Of a stretch of 64,000 nucleotides of DNA, positions 20,764 through 31,262 are shown piece after piece. Below the pieces are notes generated by a model. That model searched no databases. It saw only the letters and a program-made list of their open reading frames with translations, and was not told the DNA's origin. Every line of letters begins with the position of its first letter. Within the stretch, counting starts at the first letter, position 1. This DNA is from a candidate division WOR-3 bacterium (lineage in GTDB: Bacteria > Hydrothermota > Hydrothermia > LBFQ01). Made by a program: the position numbers and the translations under genes. Location: positions 192,001 to 256,000 of the forward strand of contig JBDRWW010000002.1 of the NCBI GenBank assembly GCA_039802605.1, read 5' to 3'.

Positions 20764-21567
20764 ATGGAATTGAAAATCGACAATGGGAAGAATTGGGCTT
20801 TAATTCTCGGTTCTTCAAGCGGATTTGGAGCCGCAACGGCAATAAAACTGGCGGAATGCGGTTTAAACATTTTTGGTGTGCATTTGGATAGGAGGGAAAC
20901 ATTGCCGAATGCCCAAAAGGTTGTTGAAGAGATAAAAAAATTCGGTGTAAAGGTTTATTTCTTCAACACAAACGCAGCGGACGATAGGAAAAGGGAAGAG
21001 GTTATAAAAAGCATAAAGGAGATTACACAAAACGAAGGGGGAAAGATAAAGGTATTATTACACTCATTGGCATTCGGAACATTGAAGCCTTATATAGGCC
21101 CGGATCCCGAAAGCGATATAAACCGCCAAAACCTTGAAATGACCATAGACATTATGGGGAATTCCTTGGTTTATTGGGTTAGGGATATTTACAGAAACGG
21201 GCTATTTGATGGGGATAGCCGCGTTTTCGCCATGACGAGTGCGGGCTCACATAGGGTTTATCCTTCTTATGGTCCGGTTTCCGCCGCAAAGGCCGTTTTG
21301 GAAGCCCATATAAGGCAATTGGCCTTTGAGTTGGCAAAGGAGGGGATAAGGGTCATAGGTATTCAGGCGGGAATTACGGATACGCCCGCATTGAGGAAGA
21401 TCCCCGGGCACGATAAAATGATAGAATGGGCCAAAGAAAATAATCCCTCGGGAAGGCTAACGACTCCGGAAGATGTGGCAAATGTAATAGCATTACTTTC
21501 AAGACCGGAAGCTTATTGGATAACGGGAACAATAATAAGGGTTGACGGTGGAGAGGATTTGATATAA
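20764..21567 (+). CDS. SDR oxidoreductase, enoyl-ACP reductase (FabL/FabI-like)
   Basis: GSSSGFG, Y..V..AK catalytic motif, TDTPAL, VDGG. Confidence 0.8.
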   Translation: MELKIDNGKNWALILGSSSGFGAATAIKLAECGLNIFGVHLDRRETLPNAQKVVEEIKKFGVKVYFFNTNAADDRKREEVIKSIKEITQNEGGKIKVLLHSLAFGTLKPYIGPDPESDINRQNLEMTIDIMGNSLVYWVRDIYRNGLFDGDSRVFAMTSAGSHRVYPSYGPVSAAKAVLEAHIRQLAFELAKEGIRVIGIQAGITDTPALRKIPGHDKMIEWAKENNPSGRLTTPEDVANVIALLSRPEAYWITGTIIRVDGGEDLI

Positions 21568-22466
21568 TGAAGGGGGAATTGGTCCCCGCCTCCGAATTAA
21601 TTAATTACGCCGAGGAAAGGAACACCGCAATAGCATCCTTAAACTTCAACAATTACGAGTTTTTAAACGCCATATGCAAAGCAGCCGCAGAACTTGAAGT
21701 TCCGGTTATACTGGCGACATCCGAAGGCGCCATAAAATACATGGGCATAGATGTTATATCCGCAATGGTTCCACAGGTGGTTAAAAGATATGGGATAAAG
21801 GCCTCTTTGCATCTGGATCATGGGAGGTCTTTTGAAACCGTGATGCTGGCAATAAGGTATGGATACACATCGGTAATGATAGACGCATCCGACAAGCCTT
21901 ATGAGGAGAATGTAAGGATAACATCCGAAGTTGTAAGGGTTTGTAAGCCTTTGGGTATAACAGTTGAGGCCGAGTTGGGGGTCCTGGCGGGGGTTGAAGA
22001 TGAAATTTCGGCCGAGAGGGGTATATACACTGACCCACAACAGGCAAAGGATTTTGTTGAAAAAACGGGTGTGGATATGTTGGCCGTTGCGGTTGGAACA
22101 TCGCATGGGGCATATAAATTCAAGGGAGAACCCCATATAGACATTGATAGGGTTAAGAAAATTAGGGAATTAACCAAAAAACCGTTGGTTTTACACGGGG
22201 CATCCGGAGTTTATGGGGAGTTTGTGGAAGAGTTGGGTTTGGAAGGCGCAAAGGGTTTAAGCGACGATTTACTTATAAAGGCTATAAAGTCGGGAATAAG
22301 GAAGGTTAATACGGATACGGATTTGAGGATGGCCTTTATGTTGGGTTTAAAGAGGTCTTTAAACAAAAACCCAAAGGAAATAGACCCCAGAAAACACTTA
22401 ATTCCGGCTATGGAAGAGGTTTATAAAATGGCTTTAAGGAGGCTTATGGTTATCACAAAATCCTAA
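21567..22466 (+). CDS. fba: Class II fructose-bisphosphate aldolase
   Basis: HLDHG, SVMIDAS, EAELG, GTSHG, LVLHGASG, KVNTDTD. Confidence 0.95.
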   Translation: MKGELVPASELINYAEERNTAIASLNFNNYEFLNAICKAAAELEVPVILATSEGAIKYMGIDVISAMVPQVVKRYGIKASLHLDHGRSFETVMLAIRYGYTSVMIDASDKPYEENVRITSEVVRVCKPLGITVEAELGVLAGVEDEISAERGIYTDPQQAKDFVEKTGVDMLAVAVGTSHGAYKFKGEPHIDIDRVKKIRELTKKPLVLHGASGVYGEFVEELGLEGAKGLSDDLLIKAIKSGIRKVNTDTDLRMAFMLGLKRSLNKNPKEIDPRKHLIPAMEEVYKMALRRLMVITKS

Positions 22467-23760
22467 ACTTTGTACCCTCCGGGGTGTCCATAAGTTCAAC
22501 TCCGGCGAGTTTCAGTATTTCACGGATTTTGTCCGCCAAATCGTAATTCTTCTCCCTTCTCGCCAAATCCCTTATTTCTATAAGCCTTCTCAAAACCAGG
22601 TCTTCCCCGGTTTCTTCGAATACAAACCCCAGATTTTCCAAAAACTCCCTAAGGGTGAATAGGATGTTTTTATTTTTACTTTCAAGGTTTTTAAATACCG
22701 TGGCAAAGAATTCCGGGGTATTAAAATCATCCTTTAAAATTTCCACGAGTTCATCCCATAAAGCCTTATCCCTTTCACCCCCGACATCCTTTAAAGCTTC
22801 ATAAAGGTTTGCGTGTGATTTTGAAAATTCCTTTAACTTTTCCGGATAGAACTCCAAGTCGTTCCTATAATGGGCGGATAACAGCAATAGCCTTATGGCG
22901 GATGGGTGGAAATCTTTTAAGGCCTCCTTGGCTAAGAAATAGTTTTTTAAAGATTTTGACATCTTTTCACCGCTTATTGTTAATAGGCCGACATGGATCC
23001 AAAACCTTGCAAATTCCTTACCCGTAGCACCCTTTGTTTGGGCTATCTCATCCTCGTGATGGGGAAATATCAGATCCCTACCACCCCCGTGAATATCAAA
23101 GGGTAATCCCAAATGCTTACCTGACATTGCGGAGCATTCTATATGCCAACCGGGTCTCCCATCACCCCAAGGGCTTGGCCAATAGGGTTCCCCTTCCTTT
23201 TTCGCCTTCCAAAGGGCAAAGTCCAAGGGGTCCCTTTTGGTGGGGTCGGGTTCAACCCTTGCACCCGCCAACATATCGTCCAAAGACATCTTTGAAAGAA
23301 CACCATAACCGTAATCTTCCGCAAACTTTCTAACGGAAAACCAAACATTTCCACCGCTAACATAGGCATACCCGTTTTCTATAATCTTTTGTATCATTTC
23401 AACGATTTCTTGGATGTGTTGGGTAGCCCTTGGGTGGAATACGGGTAAAAAGTTCATAAGTTTCGCAACTTCCCTGTATTCGCTTTCATACCTATCGGCT
23501 ATAACCCTCCAATCAACCCCCTCATCCTTTGCCTTCTGTATTATTTTGTCGTCAATATCCGTGAAATTTTGGATGGCCCTAACCTCCCAATTTAAAACCT
23601 TAAAAAACCTATAAAGGGTATCAAAGACTGTGAAAACCCTTAGATGCCCCAGATGTGGGCTATCCTGAACCGTCATACCGCACACATAAACCCTTACGGT
23701 TTTCCCATCCAAAGGCTGAAAATCTTCTTTTTTACCCGTTAAAGTGTTATAGAGTTTCAT
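22453..23760 (-). CDS. cysS: Cysteine--tRNA ligase
   Basis: HLGH and KMSKS motifs, GRPGWHIEC, DIHGGG.DL.FPHH. Confidence 0.97.
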   Translation of the reverse strand: MKLYNTLTGKKEDFQPLDGKTVRVYVCGMTVQDSPHLGHLRVFTVFDTLYRFFKVLNWEVRAIQNFTDIDDKIIQKAKDEGVDWRVIADRYESEYREVAKLMNFLPVFHPRATQHIQEIVEMIQKIIENGYAYVSGGNVWFSVRKFAEDYGYGVLSKMSLDDMLAGARVEPDPTKRDPLDFALWKAKKEGEPYWPSPWGDGRPGWHIECSAMSGKHLGLPFDIHGGGRDLIFPHHEDEIAQTKGATGKEFARFWIHVGLLTISGEKMSKSLKNYFLAKEALKDFHPSAIRLLLLSAHYRNDLEFYPEKLKEFSKSHANLYEALKDVGGERDKALWDELVEILKDDFNTPEFFATVFKNLESKNKNILFTLREFLENLGFVFEETGEDLVLRRLIEIRDLARREKNYDLADKIREILKLAGVELMDTPEGTKFRIL

Positions 23761-25250
23761 TCCCTCTTGGGCCTTAAAGTGGGCAAAGGTATAACATCCC
23801 TTATGTTTTGCGAATCCGTTAGGAGCATAAATATCCTATCCAAACCCAAACCCAGACCCCCCGTAGGTGGCATACCGTATTCAAGGGCCAATATAAAATC
23901 CTCGTCTATATCCTCTGGTAATTCCTCATCCTTTGTCCGTTTCCTCAATTCCACCTCTTCTTCAAGCCTTTTTTTCTGCTCTACGGCGTCATTCAATTCG
24001 CTGAAAGCATTTGCAACCTCCATTCCGCAAACAAAAAGTTCAAACCTCTCAACAAGCCTTTCATCCTCCCTATGCCTTTTGGCCAATGGGGTTAATTCAA
24101 GGGGGTGGTCTATTACAAATGTGGGTTCTTTTATCTTTGATGCTACGAAGTGATCAAAGAGCTTATCGTACAACTTTGCCCTTGTTGGATATTTAACCTT
24201 TATTCCGGATTTTTCGGCTATTCTCATAAGTTCCTCAATAGGTGCGTTTAGTACATCTATCCCCAAACTTTCGTTTAAACTATCAACGAATTTTATCCTT
24301 TTAAAAGGCCTTTCAACCCTTATGGTTTCACCGTTATACACAAACCCGTTTTTTCCGCTGAGGAATAAAACCATATTGTAAAAGTATTCCTCCGTTAATT
24401 CCATAACATCGTTGTAATCCCAATATGCCGCATACGCTTCAAGGGCTGTGAATTCGGGATAATGCGTAGCATCTATCCCCTCATTCCTAAAATTTTTTCC
24501 TATCTCATAAACCCTTTCAAACCCACCAACTATGAGCTTTTTAAGGGATATTTCCGTAGCAATCCTGAGATACAATTCCGTATCGAGGGCATTGGAATAG
24601 GTTTTAAAGGGCCTTGCAGTTGCACCCCCATAAACGGTTTGAAGTATTGGCGTTTCCAACTCTATAAAACCCTTATCCTCAAAAAACTTCCTGGTTTCTT
24701 TTAAAAACAAAAACCTCCTTTTAAAATGTTCCCTTGCCTCCTTACTTGAAATTAAATGTAAAAACCTGTACCTGTATTTTAACTCTGGGTCTTGTAATCC
24801 GTGCCACTTTTCCGGTAGTGGGTGTAGGGATTTTACCAATAAGGTTAATCTTTTAACCAAAACGGTAGGCTCTCCGGTTTTTGTGTAAAATGTCCTTCCC
24901 TCAATCCCTATTATATCCCCGATGTCTATAAACTTTTCATAAACCTTTGCCGGGTTTTTGTTTTCCAATTTGTTAATATCAAGGCCCTCAAAGAAATCTT
25001 CGGGCGTCTCTCCCTTTCTTATCATTATCTGTATCTTATCCCCCTCACCCATTATATCCGAAAATATCATTTTTCCAAAGGGCCTTCTTGTTAAAACCCT
25101 CCCCGCAATCCTAACATTTAAGCCTTCTTGGAAGTTTCCCTTCAATTCTTCAATTTTGTGTGTCCTTTCAAACCTATAAGGGAAAGGATTTACACCGAGT
25201 TCCCTTAGGGCATTTATTTTTCCAAGCCTTATTTCATACTCTGAATGCAT
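23757..25250 (-). CDS. lysS: Lysine--tRNA ligase (class II)
   Basis: OB-fold, LPEKWHGL, YGGATARPF, FRNEG, GMPPTGGLGLGLDR. Confidence 0.97.
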   Translation of the reverse strand: MHSEYEIRLGKINALRELGVNPFPYRFERTHKIEELKGNFQEGLNVRIAGRVLTRRPFGKMIFSDIMGEGDKIQIMIRKGETPEDFFEGLDINKLENKNPAKVYEKFIDIGDIIGIEGRTFYTKTGEPTVLVKRLTLLVKSLHPLPEKWHGLQDPELKYRYRFLHLISSKEAREHFKRRFLFLKETRKFFEDKGFIELETPILQTVYGGATARPFKTYSNALDTELYLRIATEISLKKLIVGGFERVYEIGKNFRNEGIDATHYPEFTALEAYAAYWDYNDVMELTEEYFYNMVLFLSGKNGFVYNGETIRVERPFKRIKFVDSLNESLGIDVLNAPIEELMRIAEKSGIKVKYPTRAKLYDKLFDHFVASKIKEPTFVIDHPLELTPLAKRHREDERLVERFELFVCGMEVANAFSELNDAVEQKKRLEEEVELRKRTKDEELPEDIDEDFILALEYGMPPTGGLGLGLDRIFMLLTDSQNIRDVIPLPTLRPKRE

Positions 25251-25281
25251 AGTTGTGTATTCTACCCCCGATGAATACGGT

Positions 25282-27039
25282 TTATTGTGCCATAAACTTC
25301 TTTATAACCCTCCCATTCTTTAACCTTATGAAGTATATTCCCCTTTTGATTTCATAAGCCCTTTTACCGTCAACGGTATAAACCCCGTAATAATCCGGGG
25401 AATTGCCCTTAACATTTTCCGAAACGCTTAGTTCATCGTCTCCCCCAAGGGGGTCGTAATCAAACCTAACATAATCAATTATTGGGCTTTTTGTCTGATC
25501 GCTTGATGCGTAGAGTTCCAACCTATACTGCAAATACCTATAATTTATAGTTGTGAAAGGTGAGGGCAAAGGTAGTGTTGATGTAGCGGTATAATCCCCG
25601 ACAAATACCCAAGGCGTCCAACTTACCAAGTCTTTTGAAGCCCTAACATAGAGTTTAACCAAAACGCCACTCATAGAACATAATGAAAACCCAAATGAAA
25701 ACCCAACGGTTGCCGAAAGCCACCTCCTCTGAACCCCGGCATCGTAAATTGAGGATTCAAGCCAACCATTTGGAGAATACTGTAATATGGTTTCATACCA
25801 CCATAGGCCCTGCTTTGTGGAAGTTGTACCAGCCCTAACCAATATATCCGGATCCGCATCCCCATCGAGGTCCCCTATGCCAACACCGAAATAATCCCTG
25901 TTGGTTATCGTAGGCGTTCTCCTTACAAATGTTAATGCACCCGTTTGTTCATAAACATAAATAATCCTGTTTCCATATGACGCAACGGCTATATCCAAAT
26001 CGCCATCCGGTTCAAAATCCGCAATCTGAACCCCCATAGGTCCATTCGCGTTGTTATCCACGGTGCGCTTGGTAAATGTTAGGCCGCCATTGTTTATGTA
26101 TAAATACACATATCCGGTTCCTCCCCTGTCGGTTAAGACCAAGTCAAGCCTGCCATCTCCGTTAATATCACCGGCGGTCAAACCGTATCCGTTGCTAAGC
26201 GTGTTGTCTATTATTACGGGTGTCCATACAAGGGGGGAACCCCCATCGTTTCTAAAAATATAGAGCCTACAGGCGGTTGCAAGGGCTATATCCCTTCTCC
26301 CATCGTTGTTGAAATCACCTATTACCACATCCCAAGCCGCACAACCTATGGAGTTTGTTATCATCCTCTTAGTCCATCCCGAACCCGTGTTCTCATACCA
26401 CCATAGGCCACCGGCAAGCCATGAAACCGCAACATCAACATCTCCATCGTTATCAAGGTCACCGGCATCTATACCTTCGGCTTCGGAGGAACCACCCATA
26501 TTGGGATCTATAACAACCGTTGTAAAGGACATACCCCCATTGTTCCTATAAAGTACAACATCCTTTCCGCTTGTTGGATGGGATGCGGCAAAGACATCCA
26601 TATCTCCATCGTTTTGGTAATCTATGGCAACCACTTCATCAACGCTCGCAATGTTTGGGTCTATTGTGTATCTCGTAAAGGAACCGCAACCCGAGTTTCT
26701 ATACCAATAAACAACATTTGGCCCGCTCTCATCCGAAACCAGCAGGTCATTTGCCCCATCAAGGTTTAAATCAACTATGTCGGGGTCGTTATCCCAACCG
26801 CCGATGGTATTATCAACCAAATGCTCCCTCAAATCCCTGTAAATACCGGCAAGCCTCAAATAGTTTGGAAATAGATAAAACATTGATGGAGAAGCATTAC
26901 AAAAGGTTGAACCAAAAGAAGGTACGGTTCCGCAAACACCGCTTCCACCCGTCCAATCCGTTTGAACTACCTGAGAATAAATGGGTATAAATACCCCCAT
27001 CCCCAAGGCGGCTAATAAGATTTTAAAAGTTTTCATCAC
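25282..27039 (-). CDS. Secreted FG-GAP/VCBS repeat protein with T9SS-like C-terminal domain
   Basis: Signal peptide, about 7 DxDxDGDxD repeats, C-terminal YTVDGK...GIYFI...KK. Confidence 0.85.
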   Translation of the reverse strand: MMKTFKILLAALGMGVFIPIYSQVVQTDWTGGSGVCGTVPSFGSTFCNASPSMFYLFPNYLRLAGIYRDLREHLVDNTIGGWDNDPDIVDLNLDGANDLLVSDESGPNVVYWYRNSGCGSFTRYTIDPNIASVDEVVAIDYQNDGDMDVFAASHPTSGKDVVLYRNNGGMSFTTVVIDPNMGGSSEAEGIDAGDLDNDGDVDVAVSWLAGGLWWYENTGSGWTKRMITNSIGCAAWDVVIGDFNNDGRRDIALATACRLYIFRNDGGSPLVWTPVIIDNTLSNGYGLTAGDINGDGRLDLVLTDRGGTGYVYLYINNGGLTFTKRTVDNNANGPMGVQIADFEPDGDLDIAVASYGNRIIYVYEQTGALTFVRRTPTITNRDYFGVGIGDLDGDADPDILVRAGTTSTKQGLWWYETILQYSPNGWLESSIYDAGVQRRWLSATVGFSFGFSLCSMSGVLVKLYVRASKDLVSWTPWVFVGDYTATSTLPLPSPFTTINYRYLQYRLELYASSDQTKSPIIDYVRFDYDPLGGDDELSVSENVKGNSPDYYGVYTVDGKRAYEIKRGIYFIRLKNGRVIKKFMAQ

Positions 27040-27103
27040 AAGCTATTTTAAGGTTGATATTGATAGTTTTCAAGCGGGTGTATCCCTTTATAATTCCCAC
27101 CCT

Positions 27104-28630
27104 ATGGTTGCGAAGGCTTTTTCGGCCATACATTGGGGTGTTGATGCCATAAAAATTGAGGTTGAGGTTGATTACGCAAAGGGTGTTCCCCAATTCATAA
27201 TAGTGGGACTACCGGATACTGAGGTTAAAGAGAGTAGGGAGAGAATCCATTCGGCGATAAAAAACTCGGGTTTCCCATTTCCACCCGGAAGGGTTAGGGT
27301 TAATTTAGCACCCGCAAGCATTAAAAAGGAGGGTTCCCTTTTGGATTTGCCAATAGCCCTTGCGGTTTTATCTTCCTTTGGATATATACCACCGGAAAAA
27401 CTTTTAAACTATTTGATTATGGGCGAATTGTCCCTTGAAGGGGTATTAAGGAAGGTTCCGGGTGTTTTACCGGCCGGTATTTTGGCGAGGAAGGAGGGTT
27501 TGAGTTTAATAGTTCCCTCTCAAAACGCAGCGGAGGGGGCCGTTTTAAAGGATTTAAAGGTTTTTGGGCTAAATACTTTGAAAGAGGTGGTTGATTTTAT
27601 TCTCGGAAATTTGGATGTAGAACCCGCAAAATATGAGAATACGGAAACCGTAGCGGATTACGATGTTGATATGGAGGATGTTAGGGGGATGGATTATGTT
27701 AAAAGGGCTTGCGAGGTTGCCGCCGCGGGTTCCCATAATATCCTAATGATAGGTCCTCCGGGTTCGGGCAAAACCATGATAGCAAGGAGAATACCAACAA
27801 TATTGCCGGAAATGTCCGAAGAGGAGGCCATAGAGACTACAAAAATATATTCCGTTGCCGGATTACTCCCATCGGGCTCGGGACTTATGAGGATTAGGCC
27901 TTTTAGGGCACCACATCATACGGTTTCGGAAGTGGCTTTAATCGGTGGGGGAAGCGTTCCAAAACCAGGTGAGGTTAGTTTGGCGCATAACGGCGTATTA
28001 TTCTTAGACGAATTACCGGAGTTTAGCAGGCAATCCCTGGAGGCTTTAAGGCAACCCATGGAGGACGGTATAGTTAGGATAAGCAGGGCTAAGGGTAGTG
28101 CCCAATTCCCCGCAAACTTTATGTTGGTGGCCGCTATGAACCCCTGTCCATGCGGACATTTCGGGGATAAAAACAAACAATGCACATGCACCGTTTCGGC
28201 GATAAACAGGTATCAGGGAAAGGTTTCCGGCCCATTACTTGATAGGATTGACATATTTATAAGCGTTCAGCCTTTGAGTTATGAGGAGTTTAGGGGGAAG
28301 AAGGGGGAAAAATCAAAAGATATAAGGGAGAGGGTTGAAAGGGCAAGGGAAATTCAGAGAAAAAGATTTAAGGATTATAAGATATACACGAATAGCAGGA
28401 TGACGCCGAGAATGATAAAGGAGTTTTGTAAATTATCAACCGAGGCGGAGAATATATTAAAGATGGCGACGGAAAGGATGGGGATATCCGCAAGGGGAAT
28501 TACGAGGATTTTAAAGGTTGCAAGAACCATTGCAGACCTTGAAGGGGTGAAGGATATACAAGTTCATCATATAGCGGAGGCTATACAGTATAGGCAAAAT
28601 GTAGGCGAGTATTGGATGGGGAGTATTTAA
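27104..28630 (+). CDS. comM: YifB/ComM family Mg-chelatase-like AAA+ ATPase
   Basis: VGLPD..VKES, GPPGSGKT, RPFRAPHH, GEVSLAHNGVLFLDE, NPCPCG; start revised to ATG 27104. Confidence 0.93.
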   Translation: MVAKAFSAIHWGVDAIKIEVEVDYAKGVPQFIIVGLPDTEVKESRERIHSAIKNSGFPFPPGRVRVNLAPASIKKEGSLLDLPIALAVLSSFGYIPPEKLLNYLIMGELSLEGVLRKVPGVLPAGILARKEGLSLIVPSQNAAEGAVLKDLKVFGLNTLKEVVDFILGNLDVEPAKYENTETVADYDVDMEDVRGMDYVKRACEVAAAGSHNILMIGPPGSGKTMIARRIPTILPEMSEEEAIETTKIYSVAGLLPSGSGLMRIRPFRAPHHTVSEVALIGGGSVPKPGEVSLAHNGVLFLDELPEFSRQSLEALRQPMEDGIVRISRAKGSAQFPANFMLVAAMNPCPCGHFGDKNKQCTCTVSAINRYQGKVSGPLLDRIDIFISVQPLSYEEFRGKKGEKSKDIRERVERAREIQRKRFKDYKIYTNSRMTPRMIKEFCKLSTEAENILKMATERMGISARGITRILKVARTIADLEGVKDIQVHHIAEAIQYRQNVGEYWMGSI

Positions 28631-28669
28631 ATTTACATTAAGCCCCTAACTTTCCTTTCAAAATTGTGT

Positions 28670-28684
28670 TGCAAATCATTTGCA
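28670..28684. promoter_or_regulatory. Perfect 7-1-7 palindrome TGCAAAT-C-ATTTGCA, candidate operator of the nos operon
   Basis: Read directly; a near-identical box lies upstream of coxB. Confidence 0.65.
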
Positions 28685-28709
28685 GGAAAGTCCCTTTTTA
28701 ACAAAAGCC

Positions 28710-28724
28710 TTACCACTTTATAAT
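28710..28724 (+). promoter_or_regulatory. Promoter core TTACCACTTTATAAT (-10 TATAAT) of the nos operon
   Basis: TATAAT 8 nt before ATG 28733; identical 15-mer upstream of coxB. Confidence 0.7.
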
Positions 28725-28732
28725 GTTGGCTT

Positions 28733-29221
28733 ATGAAAAGAGTACTTAATCAAATTATCATAAATCCCGTGCTAGTACTCCTCCTGATAACCGGTTGTGG
28801 GGGTTCAAAGGGTTCGGAGGAAAAGGCGGAAAACACCCAACAAAGGGAAACCGTACAGCAAACCCAAGAGATAGATCCGATGAAAAATAAAGGTATCGGG
28901 CCCATAAAGGAGGTAAAAATGACACCACAAATAGACAAAGAACTGGCCAAGAAAGGTGAGGAAATTTTCAAAACCAAGTGTTCCGCCTGCCATAAGTTGG
29001 ACGAAAGGTATGTGGGGCCCGCACTAAAAGGGGTTACCAAAAGGAGAACACCCGAGTGGATTATGAATATGATTTTAAATCCAGAGGAGATGACGAAAAA
29101 TGACCCAATAGCGAAGAAGCTTTTAGAGGAGTATTTAACGCAGATGACTTTCCAAAATGTTAGCGAAGATGAGGCAAGGGCCATACTTGAATATTTTAGG
29201 CTTGTGGATTCACAAGAATGA
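28733..29221 (+). CDS. Monoheme cytochrome c lipoprotein of clade II nos cluster (NosC-like)
   Basis: Lipobox ITGC, CSACH, VGP, distal Met; directly upstream of nosZ. Confidence 0.88.
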   Translation: MKRVLNQIIINPVLVLLLITGCGGSKGSEEKAENTQQRETVQQTQEIDPMKNKGIGPIKEVKMTPQIDKELAKKGEEIFKTKCSACHKLDERYVGPALKGVTKRRTPEWIMNMILNPEEMTKNDPIAKKLLEEYLTQMTFQNVSEDEARAILEYFRLVDSQE

Positions 29222-29237
29222 AAACATGGAGGGAATT

Positions 29238-31229
29238 ATGAAAAGGGCCATTTTCATAGGTGGAGCACTGGCGATAGTGGGCACGGGCATCCTGTTTTTG
29301 GGGTGCCCACCCAAGGAGAAGACCGCGGCAGGTATGGAAGATGCGGCAAAAGCCGTATATGTACCACCCGGACAGTATGACGAGTTTTACGCTTTCCTCT
29401 CCGGCGGGTTTGAAGGACAACTCGCGGTACACGGGCTTCCATCCGGTAGGCTCTTAAAGATAATACCCGTATTCTCACAGTTCCCGAGGAACGGATATGG
29501 GTATTCCGAGGAAACAAAAGCCTTTCTCATGACCTCCCACGGGTTTATACCATGGGGTGATGCGCATCACCCCCAACTTTCGCAAACCGACGGTGTTCCG
29601 GATGGAAGGTGGGTATTCATAAACGAGAACAACACCCCGAGAATTGCGAGGATAGACCTCAGGAAGTTTGAAACGGTTGAAATACTTGAAATACCGAATA
29701 ACGGTGGCGCACACTCATCACCCTTTATAACACAGAATACGGAATATATCGTTACGGGGACGAGGTTTTCCGTACCCTTTGATATAAAAACCGGAAAACT
29801 CCTTGATGTACCCATATCCTCTTATGCGGAAAACTTCAAGGGTACTATAACATTTGTGAAGGTTAATAACGACCCCAATTACAAGGGTGAGGATAGGATG
29901 TCCATAGCATTCCAGATTTTAGTTCCCGGATATGATTACGATCTGGCCCATTGCGGTAAGGGTCCGTCTCATGGTTGGTGCTTCTTCACATCTTATAATA
30001 CGGAAAAGGCGCATACCCTATTAGAGGCTAACGCTTCCCAAAAGGATAAAGACTATATTTTGGCCGTGAACTGGAAGAGGGCGGAGGAATGCTTAGCGCA
30101 GGGTAAGGGCCACAAATATCAGGCAACCTACTATCACAACTATTACGACGAAAAGAAGCATATGGCGGTTTCAAGGGTAGAAAAGGAAGTAACGGTTTTG
30201 ATTCCCGAAGAGTGCCCGGGTCTGGCTTATTTCCTACCGACACCAAAATCCCCCCATGGCGTTGATGTTGATCCCACCGGTGAATACATAGTTGCAGGTG
30301 GAAAACTCTCCGCAGATTTGCCAATACACTCTTTCAGCAAGATGATAAAGGCAATTGAAAACAGGGAATTTGAGGGGGAGGATTTCGGTATCCCCGTAAT
30401 AAAGTTTGAAGCGGTAAATCATTGCCTTGTGCCCAAGGCCTGCTTGGGTCCTCTACATACGGAGTTTGATGGGAAGGGATACGGTTATACATCCTGCTTC
30501 GTAAGTTCGGAGATTATAAAGACAGACCTGAAAGAGTGTAAGGTCGTTGATAGGATACCCACTTACTACGCAATAGGGCACCTAATGATTCCCGGAGGCG
30601 GTTCGAGGAAGCCGTGGCCAAAGTTCGTACTAGCAATGAACAAGATAACAAAGGATAGGTATCTTCCCACCGGTCCGGAACTCAACCAATCCGCACAATT
30701 AATAGATATAACGGGTGAGAAGATGAGGATGCTACTTGACTTCCCAACCGTCGGGGAGCCGCATTATGCCCAAGCAATTCCCGCAGAACTCGTAAAGGAT
30801 AAGTCTTTAAAGGTTTACAACTTGAACGAAAACGAGCACCCCTATGCCGTTAAAAGCGAGGCGGAAACCAAGGTGGTAAGGCAAGGTAATGTCGTCCATG
30901 TGTATATGATTGCCATAAGAAGCCACTTTACACCGGATAACATAGAGGGTATAAAGGTTGGAGACACCGTCTATTTCCATGTGACAAATCTTGAGCAGGA
31001 TTGGGATATACCCCATGGCTTTGCGGTTATGGGTGCGGAAAGCCCGAACATACTCGTAATGCCCGGCGAGACGAGAACCCTAAGGTGGGTACCCAAAGAA
31101 CCCGGAGTGTATCCTTTCTATTGCACGGACTTCTGCTCGGCCTTACATCAAGAAATGCAGGGATATGTTAGGGTATCGCCCGCAAACGCCAAGGTTGAGT
31201 TAAAGTGGGGAACGAATAAGCAATTGTAA
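29238..31229 (+). CDS. nosZ: Nitrous-oxide reductase, clade II (Sec-dependent, probable lipoprotein)
   Basis: DAHH, PHG, PLH, GH, EPH CuZ His ligands; CuA HG...CTDFCSALHQEM; no twin-Arg; start revised to ATG 29238 after GGAGG. Confidence 0.96.
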   Translation: MKRAIFIGGALAIVGTGILFLGCPPKEKTAAGMEDAAKAVYVPPGQYDEFYAFLSGGFEGQLAVHGLPSGRLLKIIPVFSQFPRNGYGYSEETKAFLMTSHGFIPWGDAHHPQLSQTDGVPDGRWVFINENNTPRIARIDLRKFETVEILEIPNNGGAHSSPFITQNTEYIVTGTRFSVPFDIKTGKLLDVPISSYAENFKGTITFVKVNNDPNYKGEDRMSIAFQILVPGYDYDLAHCGKGPSHGWCFFTSYNTEKAHTLLEANASQKDKDYILAVNWKRAEECLAQGKGHKYQATYYHNYYDEKKHMAVSRVEKEVTVLIPEECPGLAYFLPTPKSPHGVDVDPTGEYIVAGGKLSADLPIHSFSKMIKAIENREFEGEDFGIPVIKFEAVNHCLVPKACLGPLHTEFDGKGYGYTSCFVSSEIIKTDLKECKVVDRIPTYYAIGHLMIPGGGSRKPWPKFVLAMNKITKDRYLPTGPELNQSAQLIDITGEKMRMLLDFPTVGEPHYAQAIPAELVKDKSLKVYNLNENEHPYAVKSEAETKVVRQGNVVHVYMIAIRSHFTPDNIEGIKVGDTVYFHVTNLEQDWDIPHGFAVMGAESPNILVMPGETRTLRWVPKEPGVYPFYCTDFCSALHQEMQGYVRVSPANAKVELKWGTNKQL

Positions 31230-31235
31230 AACCTT

Positions 31236-31262
31236 GGGGGGGTCAATCCCCCCCGATTTTTT
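31236..31262 (+). terminator. GC hairpin (G7-TCAAT-C7) plus T-tract between nosZ and nosB
   Basis: GGGGGGG TCAAT CCCCCCC GATTTTTT read directly. Confidence 0.75.

Noticed and set aside
26981..27103. Long N-terminal extensions in the ORF track (comM; also starts at 17492, 29157, 31826, 38733, 38779, 53825, 54840)
   Set aside because: They overlap neighbouring genes or promoters; downstream starts match family N-termini, SD or -10 spacing
28631..28732. FNR/DNR box upstream of nos
   Set aside because: No TTGAT-N4-ATCAA; the palindrome present is a different 7-1-7 motif
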